From: an uncultured Candidatus Saccharibacteria bacterium
GTDB lineage: Bacteria > Patescibacteriota > Minisyncoccia > Phycocordibacterales > UBA5272
Reading direction: 5' to 3'
Assembly: GCA_964464695.1 (NCBI GenBank)
Contig: CAYXKW010000001.1
Span: 36,810 to 100,809 of the forward strand
DNA length: 64,000 bases
The notes below the pieces were generated by a model that saw nothing but the letters and a program-made list of their open reading frames with translations, was not told where the DNA came from and searched no databases. Made by a program: the position numbers and the translations under genes. Of the stretch, positions 7,342 through 16,811 are shown piece after piece (the stretch's first letter is position 1; each line of letters begins with the position of its first letter).

Positions 7342-8637
7342 ATGATTTCATTTTTGAGAAAAAAATTTAATAGTGCACAACAAGGAGACGGGATTACAAG
7401 GGTGTATTTGGATAATGCCGGAGCGACGGAGATAGGAGAGCGCGCGAAGCGCGCTCTCCTTGAATCCCTCGATATATTCGGTAACCCGTCAGGTATTCAT
7501 AAAGAAGGTGCTCAAGCAGGAGTGTTGTTGGATAAAGCTCGCGCTCTATGTGCAACTGCACTAAATGCTCATGCATATGAAGTCTATTTTCTATCATCTG
7601 GTACTGAGAGTTGTAATCTTGCTGTTATGGGTGTTTATGAAGAATTCAGACGTCTGACTGTCAGACAGTCAGACAGTCAGACAATCCCGCATGTAGTTAC
7701 AAGTGCAATCGAACATCCTTCTGTACTTGAACCAATTAAGTTTCTTGAACGTACCGGAAAGATACGAGTTACCTACTTACCAGTATATGAAGATGGGGTT
7801 GTAAAAGTTCACGACCTACGGGAGGCATTGTGTGAAGAAACAATTCTAGTGAGTGTCATGTATGCAAATAATGAAATTGGAACAATCCAACCAGTAAAAG
7901 AAATTGGTCGTGCTATAGATGAATGGAAGAGGGAACATAATAAAACATTTACATCGTATCCATATTTTCATACGGATGCATGTCAGGCAGCTAACTATTG
8001 TGATCTAGATGTTCTCAGACTTAAATGTCATTTAATGACGGTAAATAGTAGTAAGGTGTACGGTCCAAAAGGATCAGCTCTACTCTATAGACGTGAAGGG
8101 ATAAAACTTGCACCAGTGTCATTAGGTGGAGGACAAGAACGAGGACTTCGAAGTGGGACTGAAGCAGTTGCATTTCATTATGCGTTTGGGGTTGCACTAG
8201 CTGAGGCGTGTGAGATGAGAGAGGAGGAGAGCGCGCGCTTGCGCGCGCTCCGTGATGAAACAGTTGAACTTCTTAAAAAAGAAATTCCATCAGTTATCTT
8301 CTATGGAGCATTTGATGAATATTTTGTATTGCCAAAAGCCAAAAGCCAAAAGCTAAAAGCTGAATTGCGTTTACCAAATAGTATTAACTGTAGAATTCCA
8401 GGAATTAGTAGTGAGGAAATGATTCTCAGATTAGATGCAAAAGGATTCGCGGTATCACACAAAAGTGCGTGCGCTTCCATGGAAACTGAAGGGAGTTATG
8501 TAGTCATGGCACTTGGTGCAACAGAAGTCGAGGCAAACGAAAATATTCGCATATCACTCGGTAGGTCTACGTCTAGGCCAGACCTAGACAGATTGGTTGA
8601 AGCTATGAAAGATATTTCTACAAAATACATCAAATAA
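7342..8637 (+). CDS. Cysteine desulfurase (class V aminotransferase, IscS/NifS family)
   Basis: SAIEHPSV, ANNEIGTIQP, HTDACQA and SSKVYGPKGSALLY motifs are consistent with PLP-dependent cysteine desulfurases. Contains two in-frame simple-repeat insertions. Confidence 0.8.
   Translation: MISFLRKKFNSAQQGDGITRVYLDNAGATEIGERAKRALLESLDIFGNPSGIHKEGAQAGVLLDKARALCATALNAHAYEVYFLSSGTESCNLAVMGVYEEFRRLTVRQSDSQTIPHVVTSAIEHPSVLEPIKFLERTGKIRVTYLPVYEDGVVKVHDLREALCEETILVSVMYANNEIGTIQPVKEIGRAIDEWKREHNKTFTSYPYFHTDACQAANYCDLDVLRLKCHLMTVNSSKVYGPKGSALLYRREGIKLAPVSLGGGQERGLRSGTEAVAFHYAFGVALAEACEMREEESARLRALRDETVELLKKEIPSVIFYGAFDEYFVLPKAKSQKLKAELRLPNSINCRIPGISSEEMILRLDAKGFAVSHKSACASMETEGSYVVMALGATEVEANENIRISLGRSTSRPDLDRLVEAMKDISTKYIK
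7654..7685 (+). repeat. In-CDS octanucleotide tandem repeat (CAGACAGT-like x4)
   Basis: ctgactgt cagacagt cagacagt cagacaat. Encodes an extra LTVRQSDSQT loop relative to typical IscS. Confidence 0.85.
8332..8359 (+). repeat. In-CDS heptanucleotide tandem repeat (CCAAAAG x3 + CTAAAAG)
   Basis: Encodes PKAKSQKLKA, inserted before the conserved active-site Cys region (HKSACAS). Confidence 0.85.
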
Positions 8638-8683
8638 GTTGTATACTTTTAGCATCATTATTTAATAAACTCATATACTAACT

Positions 8684-9256
8684 ATGCAACCATACACAGC
8701 AAAAGATTTTTCTCATTTATTAGGCACACCAGGATTTAGTGATGTACTTTTAAATAATCACTTTACGCTATACCAAGGGTATGTAAAGAATACTAATTTA
8801 CTGATTGAAAAGTTTGATAAAGGGGAAGTAGCAAGTGGGACGCCTGAGTATTCTGAGTTACAGCGACGTTTTGGTTGGGAGTGGAATGGTATGCGACTAC
8901 ACGAGCTATATTTTGAAAATATGGCACAATCTGGAGTTGCTCTCACATACGGTGCACTTAAAGAAAAAATTGAAAGAGTGTACGGATCAGTAGAGAATTG
9001 GCAGAAGACTTTTATTGCAACTGGCCTTATGCGTGGGATTGGATGGGTGGTACTTGTTCATGATAAAAGTAAAGATGAACTGTTTACTGTTTGGGTAGAT
9101 GAACACAATACTGGAAATTTAGTTGGGACAACTCCACTTCTTGTTATGGATGTGTTCGAGCATGCGTTTATGGTTGATTACGGACTCAAACGTGCAGATT
9201 ATATAACTGCTTTTATGGCAGCTATTGATTGGAAAGTGGTAGAAAGTCGAATATAA
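8684..9256 (+). CDS. Fe/Mn superoxide dismutase family protein
   Basis: C-terminal DVFEHAFMVDYGLKRADYI matches the SOD DVWEHAYYxDYxNxRxxY motif. GIGWVVLV matches GSGW. The N-terminal His pair is degenerate (NNHFTLYQ), so metal specificity and activity are uncertain. Confidence 0.65.
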   Translation: MQPYTAKDFSHLLGTPGFSDVLLNNHFTLYQGYVKNTNLLIEKFDKGEVASGTPEYSELQRRFGWEWNGMRLHELYFENMAQSGVALTYGALKEKIERVYGSVENWQKTFIATGLMRGIGWVVLVHDKSKDELFTVWVDEHNTGNLVGTTPLLVMDVFEHAFMVDYGLKRADYITAFMAAIDWKVVESRI

Positions 9257-9319
9257 ATTACATAAAAAAGTCGACACACTATTTGGTATTTGTGTGTCGA
9301 CTTTTGTTGTGAAGAGTTC

Positions 9320-9817
9320 TCATGATGTCTTGGTTACTTTTTTAGGGTGTATTTTTCTCCACAGACTGGCACCTTTTTCTTTTCCTCGTGTGATGAGAAA
9401 ATAGGGGATTCGGAAAAAAATCGTATACAGCACACCCACAAGAAAAAGGAGTAGTAAACCAAGAATGCATAACGCATTGATTACACAAGCTGTAGCAAAC
9501 TCCTCTAATAGCGAAAGAAACTTGGCTCCCAGTGAAGCTAATGTTTTTTTCATAAAATCCTCCCTTTTTTGAATAACGAACAGTAAAATCACAATATTAT
9601 AAAAGTATAATGATGTCAAGTTGACTTCGTTTTTTATTTTTGGCATTGTAAGTATATTCCCGAAATTCCAGAAATGATTGCACTCAGAATGAAATACGTT
9701 TTCTAGCTTATCCACCAGGACTGAAACCTTAAAAACTGATACACTGTAAGTACTCCTGAACACATCCTGAAACGACTGACTAAACGAAATAATCCCGTCT
9801 CGAATATGTATTAACAT
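9320..9817 (-). CDS. Hypothetical small membrane protein (start uncertain)
   Basis: ORF with hydrophobic segments. An internal MKKTLASLGAKF... start is plausible. No motif support. Confidence 0.3.
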   Translation of the reverse strand: MLIHIRDGIISFSQSFQDVFRSTYSVSVFKVSVLVDKLENVFHSECNHFWNFGNILTMPKIKNEVNLTSLYFYNIVILLFVIQKREDFMKKTLASLGAKFLSLLEEFATACVINALCILGLLLLFLVGVLYTIFFRIPYFLITRGKEKGASLWRKIHPKKVTKTS

Positions 9818-9867
9818 TATATGGGTCCGTATCTTTATTACTAACCCTTATATTCCAAAATTGACTT

Positions 9868-12570
9868 ATGCCTCCATCATTTAATAATTTTACAACCAAA
9901 GCAAAAGAGGTAATTCGTCGCGCACACGAACTTGCGATAGAGCGCGGACAGAACCAAGTTAGCCCACTTCATTTGATGGGCGCACTTCTCACACAAGAGG
10001 AGTCTCTTGTTCATGCAATATTAGAAAAACTAGAAATCGACATCATTCATTTAACAGATAGCATCATTGATGCGATAGAAGTTCCTGGTGCTTCAGCTAC
10101 CATGAGTCCGTCGTATCAGATGTATCTCACGCCAGAACTCGCTGCTACGTTAGAAGGTTCACTTAAAGTTGCTCAGTCATTTAATGATGAGTTCGTTTCA
10201 ACTGAGCACCTTTTCCTTGCTATCTTAGAATCAACAGGGCAAGTACGAGAAGTGCTTGCGCGATTCAGAATTGAAAAAGATACCGCGTATCATATTTTAG
10301 AAGAACTTCGTACACAAAACATCACAGAAGCTCAAGGTCCAAAGAAAAACAAAGCACTCGCTAAGTACACACGAAACTTCACTGACCTTGCACGTGCAGA
10401 TAAGTTAGATCCAGTAATTGGACGTGATACAGAAATTATGCGACTTATGCAAATTCTTTCTCGTCGTACAAAAAATAATCCAATACTTATTGGTGAGGCA
10501 GGAGTTGGTAAGACAGCTGTTGTAGAAGGACTTGCTATTCGAATGGCGCGCGGTGACGTGCCTGAGAGCTTGAAAGGAAAGGAGCTTGTGTCACTTGATC
10601 TAGGGATGCTTATTGCAGGAACAAAATTCCGCGGGGAATTCGAAGAACGTCTTAAAGCAATCATGAAAGAAATCGAGCGCTCAGAAGGTGGAATCATTCT
10701 TTTCATTGACGAAATTCACACAATTGTAGGAGCCGGAGCAACAGAAGGATCAGCGGACGCTGCGAACCTCCTCAAGCCTGCGCTTTCTCGTGGAGAATTA
10801 CGAGCAATCGGTGCGACAACTCTTAAGGAGTATCAGAAGCATATTGAAAAAGATCCAGCACTCGCTCGACGATTCCAGCCTGTTTTTGTAGAAGAGCCAA
10901 ATGAAGTAGATGCACTCGCTATCTTACGAGGGCTCAAAGAAAAGTACGAGCTCTTCCATGGTGTACGTATTACTGATGATGCGCTCGTTGCTTCAGTTAA
11001 TCTTTCAACACGCTACATTACCTCTCGTTTTTTACCTGATAAGGCGATCGACTTAATAGATGAAGCTGCATCGTCACTTCGTATTGCACTTGAAAACAAA
11101 CCTCCGGTACTTGAAGATGCACACCGAAGAATTATGCGTCTTGAGATCGAAAAAGAAGCCCTCACAAAAGAACTCATTGCAGATAGTGAGAAGGAAGGTG
11201 TTTCTTCGACAAAGAAGCGAATTGCTGTTATTGATGAAGAGATAGCAAATGTCCAGGAAAAAACTCGTGAGCTTGAACTCAAGTGGAAAAATGAAAAGAA
11301 GACACTTGCTGAGATTGGAGAAATAAAGAAAACTCTTGAGTCACTTCGCACAGAAAGTGAGAATGCAGAGTTGCGAGCTGACCTTACACGAGTGGCAGAG
11401 ATTCGATACGGGCAAATTCCAGAACTACAGCGTGAGCTAACCGAAAGAACAGAGAAGTTAAAGAAACTTCAGAAAGTTCGTCGTATCTTAAAAGAAGAAG
11501 TTACCGAAGAAGAAATTGCATCTGTTGTAGCACGTTGGACCGGTATCCCAGTTGTCCGCATGCTTGAAGAAGAAGAATCAAAGCTCTCACGAATGGAAGA
11601 AGAACTCGGTAAGCGTGTGATTAGTCAGCGTGATGCAATTAGTAAGATAAGTGGTGCAGTGCGTAGAAGTCGCGCAGGAATTAATGATCCAGGGCGACCA
11701 ATTGGTTCATTTATTTTCCTTGGTCCAACTGGAGTTGGAAAGACCGAACTCACTAAGGCACTTGCTGAGTTCATGTTTAATGATGAAAAAGCGCTCATCA
11801 AGGTAGATATGAGTGAATACATGGAAAAGCATAGTACAAGTAAATTAATTGGTTCACCTCCAGGATATGTTGGGTATGACGAGTCAGGCCAACTAACAGA
11901 GGCTGTGCGTCATCGGCCGTATTCAGTAATACTTTTTGACGAAGTAGAAAAAGCTCATCCGGAAGTGTTCAACCTACTTCTTCAAGTTCTTGATGAAGGA
12001 CGACTTACAGACAGTAAAGGGCGTGTTGTGAACTTTAAGAATACGATTATTATCATGACCTCTAATATCGGAAGTCAGTACATTCAGAAGATGGAACAGA
12101 TTGGATTTTCTAATCTTGAAGCTGGAGGGGAGTATGCGCAAGTAAAAGATAGAGTTATGGAAGCAGTGAAAGAATTCTTTAAACCAGAATTTTTGAATCG
12201 TCTCGACGAAACAATTATCTTTGATGTCCTCTCAAAGGATGAAGTAAAAGCAATCGTTGGACTTCAGATTGATATTCTTGCAAAGCGTCTTCTAGAAAAA
12301 GAAATTATTCTTGAGGTGACTTCTGAAGCAGTCTCACACATCAGCGAGAAGTCATATGACCCACACTACGGAGCTCGACCTATCAAGCGATTTATTCAGA
12401 CACATATTCTCAATCAAATAGCGTCACTCATGCTTTCTAAGAAGTTTGCAAAGGGAAGTATCGCAGAAGTGTCACTTGATAAGAAGGGAGCAATTCTTGT
12501 TGAAGCCAAGAAGCCACGAAAAATTCCAAGTCCTATCACAAAAGCTGAGATGATGAAGAAGAGTTCGTAG
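9868..12570 (+). CDS. clpB: ATP-dependent chaperone ClpB
   Basis: 900 aa. Clp N domain; two AAA+ modules (GEAGVGKTA; GPTGVGKTE) separated by a long coiled-coil M-domain; sensor-2 GARPIKR. Confidence 0.93.
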   Translation: MPPSFNNFTTKAKEVIRRAHELAIERGQNQVSPLHLMGALLTQEESLVHAILEKLEIDIIHLTDSIIDAIEVPGASATMSPSYQMYLTPELAATLEGSLKVAQSFNDEFVSTEHLFLAILESTGQVREVLARFRIEKDTAYHILEELRTQNITEAQGPKKNKALAKYTRNFTDLARADKLDPVIGRDTEIMRLMQILSRRTKNNPILIGEAGVGKTAVVEGLAIRMARGDVPESLKGKELVSLDLGMLIAGTKFRGEFEERLKAIMKEIERSEGGIILFIDEIHTIVGAGATEGSADAANLLKPALSRGELRAIGATTLKEYQKHIEKDPALARRFQPVFVEEPNEVDALAILRGLKEKYELFHGVRITDDALVASVNLSTRYITSRFLPDKAIDLIDEAASSLRIALENKPPVLEDAHRRIMRLEIEKEALTKELIADSEKEGVSSTKKRIAVIDEEIANVQEKTRELELKWKNEKKTLAEIGEIKKTLESLRTESENAELRADLTRVAEIRYGQIPELQRELTERTEKLKKLQKVRRILKEEVTEEEIASVVARWTGIPVVRMLEEEESKLSRMEEELGKRVISQRDAISKISGAVRRSRAGINDPGRPIGSFIFLGPTGVGKTELTKALAEFMFNDEKALIKVDMSEYMEKHSTSKLIGSPPGYVGYDESGQLTEAVRHRPYSVILFDEVEKAHPEVFNLLLQVLDEGRLTDSKGRVVNFKNTIIIMTSNIGSQYIQKMEQIGFSNLEAGGEYAQVKDRVMEAVKEFFKPEFLNRLDETIIFDVLSKDEVKAIVGLQIDILAKRLLEKEIILEVTSEAVSHISEKSYDPHYGARPIKRFIQTHILNQIASLMLSKKFAKGSIAEVSLDKKGAILVEAKKPRKIPSPITKAEMMKKSS

Positions 12571-12667
12571 GGCACAATATCAGAAGAAGAAGCAACAAAA
12601 CGAGCGCCTACGGCGCTCGTTTTGTTGCTTCCCAACAACGCTATTTTATGCTATTATTTTCTAACTT

Positions 12668-12751
12668 GCGTCGGTGGTGGAGTGGTCAATCACAACAGAC
12701 TGTAAATCTGTCGCCCTTCGGGCTTCGCTGGTTCAAATCCAGCCCGGCGCA
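12668..12751 (+). tRNA. tRNA-Tyr (anticodon GTA)
   Basis: Manual fold: acceptor GCGTCGG/CCGGCGC (one G-U); anticodon stem ACAGA/TCTGT with loop CTGTAAA; long variable arm; T arm GCTGG-TTCAAAT-CCAGC; discriminator A. Confidence 0.85.
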
Positions 12752-12756
12752 CATGA

Positions 12757-12796
12757 AAATCTAAATGCCACAGTTACTGCTGTGGCATTTAGATTT
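12757..12796 (+). terminator. Perfect 17-bp-stem hairpin immediately 3' of tRNA-Tyr
   Basis: aaatctaaatgccacag-ttactg-ctgtggcatttagattt followed by ttta. Likely the tRNA terminator or part of the mini-element. Confidence 0.6.
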
Positions 12797-12990
12797 TTAC
12801 TGTGCATTGTGGAGATGGTTTTGAACTGCTGATTAGTAAATCACGCCGTGAGGCGATGGCCGCAGCTTGCATACTCCAAGAGTCACTCTGGTGAGCGAAG
12901 AGCGGGTGTAGGTTTCGAGCTTAGCAAAGCGAGAGACAAATCCAGTCCGGCTTTGGGGGTGTGACGAGGAGTTTTGTGACCAAATCCAGT
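12797..12990. mobile_element. tRNA-Tyr-associated mini-element related to the tRNA-Leu one
   Basis: GCTGATTAGTAAATCACGCCGTGAGGCG copy at 12828-12855. GC-rich spacer. Partial tRNA-Tyr 3'-end duplicates at 12936-12951 (acaaatccagtccggc, 14/15 match) and 12981-12990. Tail GGAGTTTTGTGACCAAAT at 12968-12985 is near-identical to the tRNA-Leu element tail. Confidence 0.5.
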
Positions 12991-13103
12991 TGCAAAGCTT
13001 GCATCCAAGTCCAAGACATAACCTTGGTAGGTTAGATGTGAATTTGGCAATTCAGAACTGCTAGTTCGCCTGCGCACAAGAAAAATACCCGTTAGGGTAT
13101 TTT

Positions 13104-14222
13104 TTAATGATGGTGATGACTGTCTCCCGTAATTTCTTTTCCGTGAAGCATGTAAGAAGCAATGAGTGTCGTAATTGGTACAGCAAGAACAAGTCCGATA
13201 CTACCTATTAATATACGAACTACTTCCGTAGCAAAGATTTCACTATTTAATATAAAGAGGGCACCAACTGTTGAGCTTTGTATAAGTAAAAGAAGTGGAA
13301 GGGATGCACCAACATAGGCAATTGCAAGTGTGTTAACTAAAGCACCGATGTGTTCTCGTCCAATACGTATCCCGCGCGTGTATACTTCTTTACGACTTAA
13401 ATGTTTTCCTGCTCTTAAAAGTTCTTCTATTACAATTGCTTGACCGATTGCTATATCATAAAGAACTCCAAGTAATCCAATCATGATTCCTCCAAATAAA
13501 AGTCCAACCATGTCAATTGCTCCACGGGTATTAAAGGTAAGATATGTTGCTTCATCTGAACTATATCCACTTAGATTTCCCGCATATACAACGTAGTATG
13601 CAGCTAGGCCTGTAAGGATAACGGTAATAATCATGCCTATTACAGCAGCTGTTGTTGTTCGGTTAAAGCCATGGGTGATATATGACCCAACTATGATGAT
13701 TAATGAGGCTACCCCAGTGCTTACTAGGATTGCATTATGTCCGCCGTATAAACCTGGAATGAGAAGATAGAAAATAAGAAAAAAACTCCCAATCAAACTA
13801 GCTAGACCTCGCACACCCTGAATGCCACCAAAAATAAATATAAGAGCAACAAAAGCAATAGTTAACCATAGAAGAATATCTAACCTGTATGGATCGGCTA
13901 CTGACCAGTAACTAGTATTCTCTAACTGGTTACTCTGATGTCTAGCATAGAAGATTTCTCCTTGCTTGAGTTGAATATAATCATTTTTAAAAGTAACTGT
14001 TTTTCCTTGATCAGGTCCACTAATTACTTCTATTTGTATTGTTTGAACTTGTCCAATTGTGTCAGTTCCTGCAACTGTCGTTGTTCCTTGCTCAATAATT
14101 TTAATTACCTTAGCTTTTTCAAAAGTCTCAGTATCTACTACGAGTGTAGCTTCTTGAGCAAACAACAAAGAAGGTATAAGAGTAATGCTAAGCAGTGAAA
14201 GTAAAAGTAGTTTCTTGAACAT
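13104..14222 (-). CDS. YibE/F-family integral membrane protein
   Basis: 372 aa. Signal/TM, then multiple TM helices with the Gly-rich YibE/F pattern. Natural His-rich C-terminus (DSHHHH). Confidence 0.7.
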   Translation of the reverse strand: MFKKLLLLSLLSITLIPSLLFAQEATLVVDTETFEKAKVIKIIEQGTTTVAGTDTIGQVQTIQIEVISGPDQGKTVTFKNDYIQLKQGEIFYARHQSNQLENTSYWSVADPYRLDILLWLTIAFVALIFIFGGIQGVRGLASLIGSFFLIFYLLIPGLYGGHNAILVSTGVASLIIIVGSYITHGFNRTTTAAVIGMIITVILTGLAAYYVVYAGNLSGYSSDEATYLTFNTRGAIDMVGLLFGGIMIGLLGVLYDIAIGQAIVIEELLRAGKHLSRKEVYTRGIRIGREHIGALVNTLAIAYVGASLPLLLLIQSSTVGALFILNSEIFATEVVRILIGSIGLVLAVPITTLIASYMLHGKEITGDSHHHH

Positions 14223-14240
14223 ATAGTAAGTATATCAATC

Positions 14241-14672
14241 CTATTTTTTACTGCAGACTTTACAAAAACCAAAGAATTCAAGGGAGTGGGAGTTAATGGT
14301 AGAAAAACCTTTTGAAGATCTAAGTACTTCTTTTTGGAGGTTAGTTTGCTCACAGTACGCTATATCTTCTATCTTTCCACATTTCTCGCATACGATATGA
14401 TGATGATGGTGATCTTTGTGCAGAAATTCATAGTACGTTGCTGTATCTTGTAGATGTATCTTTCCTACAATTTTAGATTTTGTGAAGTCTTCAAGAGCAC
14501 GATAGAGGGTAACCTTATCAATCTGACTGTTCATTCCTTTTTGTATGTCTCCTACCGTAAGTGGCTTCTTAGACTGCTTTAAGAATACAAGAAGGGATAC
14601 TCTTCCAGTTGTTACTCGATAGCCGTGTTCTTGTAGTAGCTCTTCACTAGCTAAAACATCTTTAGATTTCAT
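14241..14672 (-). CDS. Fur-family metalloregulator (Fur/Zur/PerR-like)
   Basis: 143 aa. Winged-helix N-terminus, HKDHHHHHIVCEKCG metal site and C-terminal CxxC pair typical of the Fur family. Confidence 0.8.
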   Translation of the reverse strand: MKSKDVLASEELLQEHGYRVTTGRVSLLVFLKQSKKPLTVGDIQKGMNSQIDKVTLYRALEDFTKSKIVGKIHLQDTATYYEFLHKDHHHHHIVCEKCGKIEDIAYCEQTNLQKEVLRSSKGFSTINSHSLEFFGFCKVCSKK

Positions 14673-14765
14673 GGTTGCATTAGTATATCACTAACGCAAC
14701 TCTATTGCAATAGTCTACTGTATACGGTAGTATATATGTGCAACTTAGTTGCGAAAGTAAATTGT

Positions 14766-15593
14766 ATGAAAATAGCATTCGTAGGAAAAGGAGGGAGCGG
14801 GAAAAGCTCCGTATCATGGCTAGCAGTTAAGACTATAGAAAATATGGGTTTTTCTGTGTTGGCAATAGACGCAGATCACAATATGGACTTAACATCAAAT
14901 TTAGGACTTGATCCCGATACTACTCCTTTTATGCATAAAACTGAAAAAGAGTTTATGGAGCATGTTGGTGTTGCAAAAGTAAGTGGAGTTCTTGCTAAAG
15001 ATATAAATGATCTTCCTTCGTTTACAACAAACCCACAAGACACCTATACCTCCTCTATTTCAACAAAAGTAAGTGATAAAGTTTCCCTTATTAATATTGG
15101 TCTTGGTGCACCTGATGTGATGTTCTCAGGTAAATGTGCTCATGGACTTTCTGGGCCACTTAAGTACTACCTTGGGCTTCTCAATGAGAAAGATGATTTT
15201 ATTGTGATAGATAGTGTTGCGGGGGCTGACATGCTCAACTATGGACTTTATGCAGGAATTGATGCAGTGATTGGGGTTGTGGAACCTCATCGAAATAGTA
15301 TAAAGGTGTTCGAACAAATACAAGATATTTGCAGGAAGTCTCTTATTCCATGTTTTACGATAGTAAATAAACCAACAGGCAATGACTTCTACAAAGACTT
15401 TGTTTCAAAGAATACAAGTAAGATTTTGGGAGAAATTCCATTTGATGAGAATATTATGAACTATGACTATTTAAAAGTGAAAGAGGGCACAAAAGAAAAT
15501 ATGCGTAATGTTATTGAAAAAGTTAAGAAGTTGAAGAAGCGAGGGAGTCTCTCTACTATTAAAGATTTTCAAGAGATGAAGGCAAGTAAGTAG
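14766..15593 (+). CDS. P-loop ATPase, MinD/ParA/CooC family
   Basis: Deviant Walker A KIAFVGKGGSGKSS. DADHN motif. Native low-GC composition. ORF track begins at 14736; the ATG at 14766 was used. Confidence 0.7.
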   Translation: MKIAFVGKGGSGKSSVSWLAVKTIENMGFSVLAIDADHNMDLTSNLGLDPDTTPFMHKTEKEFMEHVGVAKVSGVLAKDINDLPSFTTNPQDTYTSSISTKVSDKVSLINIGLGAPDVMFSGKCAHGLSGPLKYYLGLLNEKDDFIVIDSVAGADMLNYGLYAGIDAVIGVVEPHRNSIKVFEQIQDICRKSLIPCFTIVNKPTGNDFYKDFVSKNTSKILGEIPFDENIMNYDYLKVKEGTKENMRNVIEKVKKLKKRGSLSTIKDFQEMKASK

Positions 15594-15669
15594 TACTCAA
15601 TACGTTTTGTCTGCATGTAAGTATGCAGGTAAAACGTCAGAGTGTTCCTTATCATCATTCCAACTTTAT

Positions 15670-16035
15670 ATGGAGAAGTTCATTATGTCTTTGCCTTCAA
15701 TCGCAACTGTTGATACCAAGAACCTGAAGCCAGAACAGCTGGAAGATCTGCTGTTTGAGGCTATCAAGAAAGACCTTCCTTTAGCATTCGCATGGTTCAA
15801 AGGTCTGAGCCTTGGAATTCACCACAAGGAAGATCCTGCGAGCCCACTTGCGGCTCAAATCAAGCGTGTTGTTGCCGACGGCATGCGTCACGTTCTGGAG
15901 AAGAAGCTGTTTAACGGTAAGCGAATTGTTTTCGCAAACTGCTGTGACGTGATTGTTGACCCTCCTAAAGGATTCAACTCTGTCCTGTTTCAGTTCGAGA
16001 CACAGAACGGGAGGCTCAACTATGTCGATTGCTGA
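15670..16035 (+). CDS. Hypothetical protein, gene 1 of GC-elevated overlapping pair
   Basis: About 121 aa. GC about 47%, versus about 32% in the preceding ATPase gene. Start codon ambiguous (15670 or 15685). No known motif. Confidence 0.45.
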   Translation: MEKFIMSLPSIATVDTKNLKPEQLEDLLFEAIKKDLPLAFAWFKGLSLGIHHKEDPASPLAAQIKRVVADGMRHVLEKKLFNGKRIVFANCCDVIVDPPKGFNSVLFQFETQNGRLNYVDC

Positions 16036-16393
16036 GAAGTCATTCAGTGCTTTTCTACTTGAGAACGCAGGTCATCTCCTCGAGCATTGTCTCAAGGAAG
16101 GATTTACTTTCTCAGTTAAGGAAGGATCACAATGCATAACGGTAAAGTGTATACTTCCAAGTGGGTATGTTCGATTTGTCATCTTTGATGATCATCGCAC
16201 TGAGAACCCGCATGGTGGGAAACCTCATGTGTGCAATCAGTGGCACAAAGCAGTAGGTGACCCTATTTCATTTACAATGGGGAAAGAGGTCAGCAGTGAT
16301 TTACAACTTCAAAGCGTGCTACAAGCTACAGCTGTAATGTGCCTTACTCAAAGCGATGCATACAGTGATATGAAATCAAAAATTTTTATTTAA
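16022..16393 (+). CDS. Hypothetical protein, gene 2 of overlapping pair
   Basis: ATG at 16022 overlaps the upstream stop by 14 nt (ATGtcgattgcTGA), implying translational coupling. 123 aa, Cys/His-rich. No known motif. Confidence 0.45.
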   Translation: MSIAEKSFSAFLLENAGHLLEHCLKEGFTFSVKEGSQCITVKCILPSGYVRFVIFDDHRTENPHGGKPHVCNQWHKAVGDPISFTMGKEVSSDLQLQSVLQATAVMCLTQSDAYSDMKSKIFI

Positions 16394-16396
16394 TAA

Positions 16397-16420
16397 AAGC
16401 GTCTAGGTGACGCTTTTTAG
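16397..16420 (+). terminator. Rho-independent terminator after the two-gene cassette
   Basis: aagcgtc-taggt-gacgctt followed by T-run. Confidence 0.6.
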
Positions 16421-16534
16421 TATTAAATGAATCAGAAAAATGGTTTATGGCTGCTATGTAGTGTATTACGCTGTACCTAGCTATTTTTTATGCATACAGT
16501 AAACTTTGCTCAGTAGATTCACACAGGAGCATCT

Positions 16535-16714
16535 ATGCTGAAATTTCCTTGGTATTTTGATCCATTAATAGTTCACAGAATGGTAAATGAACGGCCATTC
16601 CATACATACAACCCGATGATGTTTGCAGGAGTGCTCATGGGGAGACCACTTGTAGCTGGAATAGCAATGATGGTGCCATTCGCATCTCTCTTTTTATTCC
16701 CAACGAGGAAGTGA
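16535..16714 (+). CDS. Small hydrophobic protein (59 aa)
   Basis: Not in the ORF track (under 60 aa). AGGAGC Shine-Dalgarno 5 nt upstream of the ATG. Strong terminator immediately downstream. MLKFPWYFDPLIVHRMVNERPFHTYNPMMFAGVLMGRPLVAGIAMMVPFASLFLFPTRK. Confidence 0.4.
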   Translation: MLKFPWYFDPLIVHRMVNERPFHTYNPMMFAGVLMGRPLVAGIAMMVPFASLFLFPTRK

Positions 16715-16727
16715 TATTGTTTCAAAC

Positions 16728-16754
16728 GGCGCAACTGCAAGTTGCGCCTTTTTT
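16728..16754 (+). terminator. Rho-independent terminator
   Basis: ggcgcaac-tgcaa-gttgcgcc followed by tttttt. Confidence 0.7.
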
Positions 16755-16811
16755 AGCACTCTACGAATTAAGTCTGTTGCATTTCATATTAGTATATGCT
16801 AATATTAATAC

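Noticed and set aside
10332-11351. Antisense ORFs inside clpB (and similar shadows inside infB, uvrA, nrdA, leuS, dnaE, NADAR gene)
   Set aside because: Embedded in strongly supported genes on the opposite strand. No independent evidence.
13104-14672. His-tag-like HHHH / HHHHH runs (end of YibE/F gene; inside Fur-like gene) as cloning-vector contamination
   Set aside because: Surrounding sequence is native low-GC DNA with no vector features. His-rich metal sites are normal in Fur-family proteins and plausible in a metal-related membrane protein.
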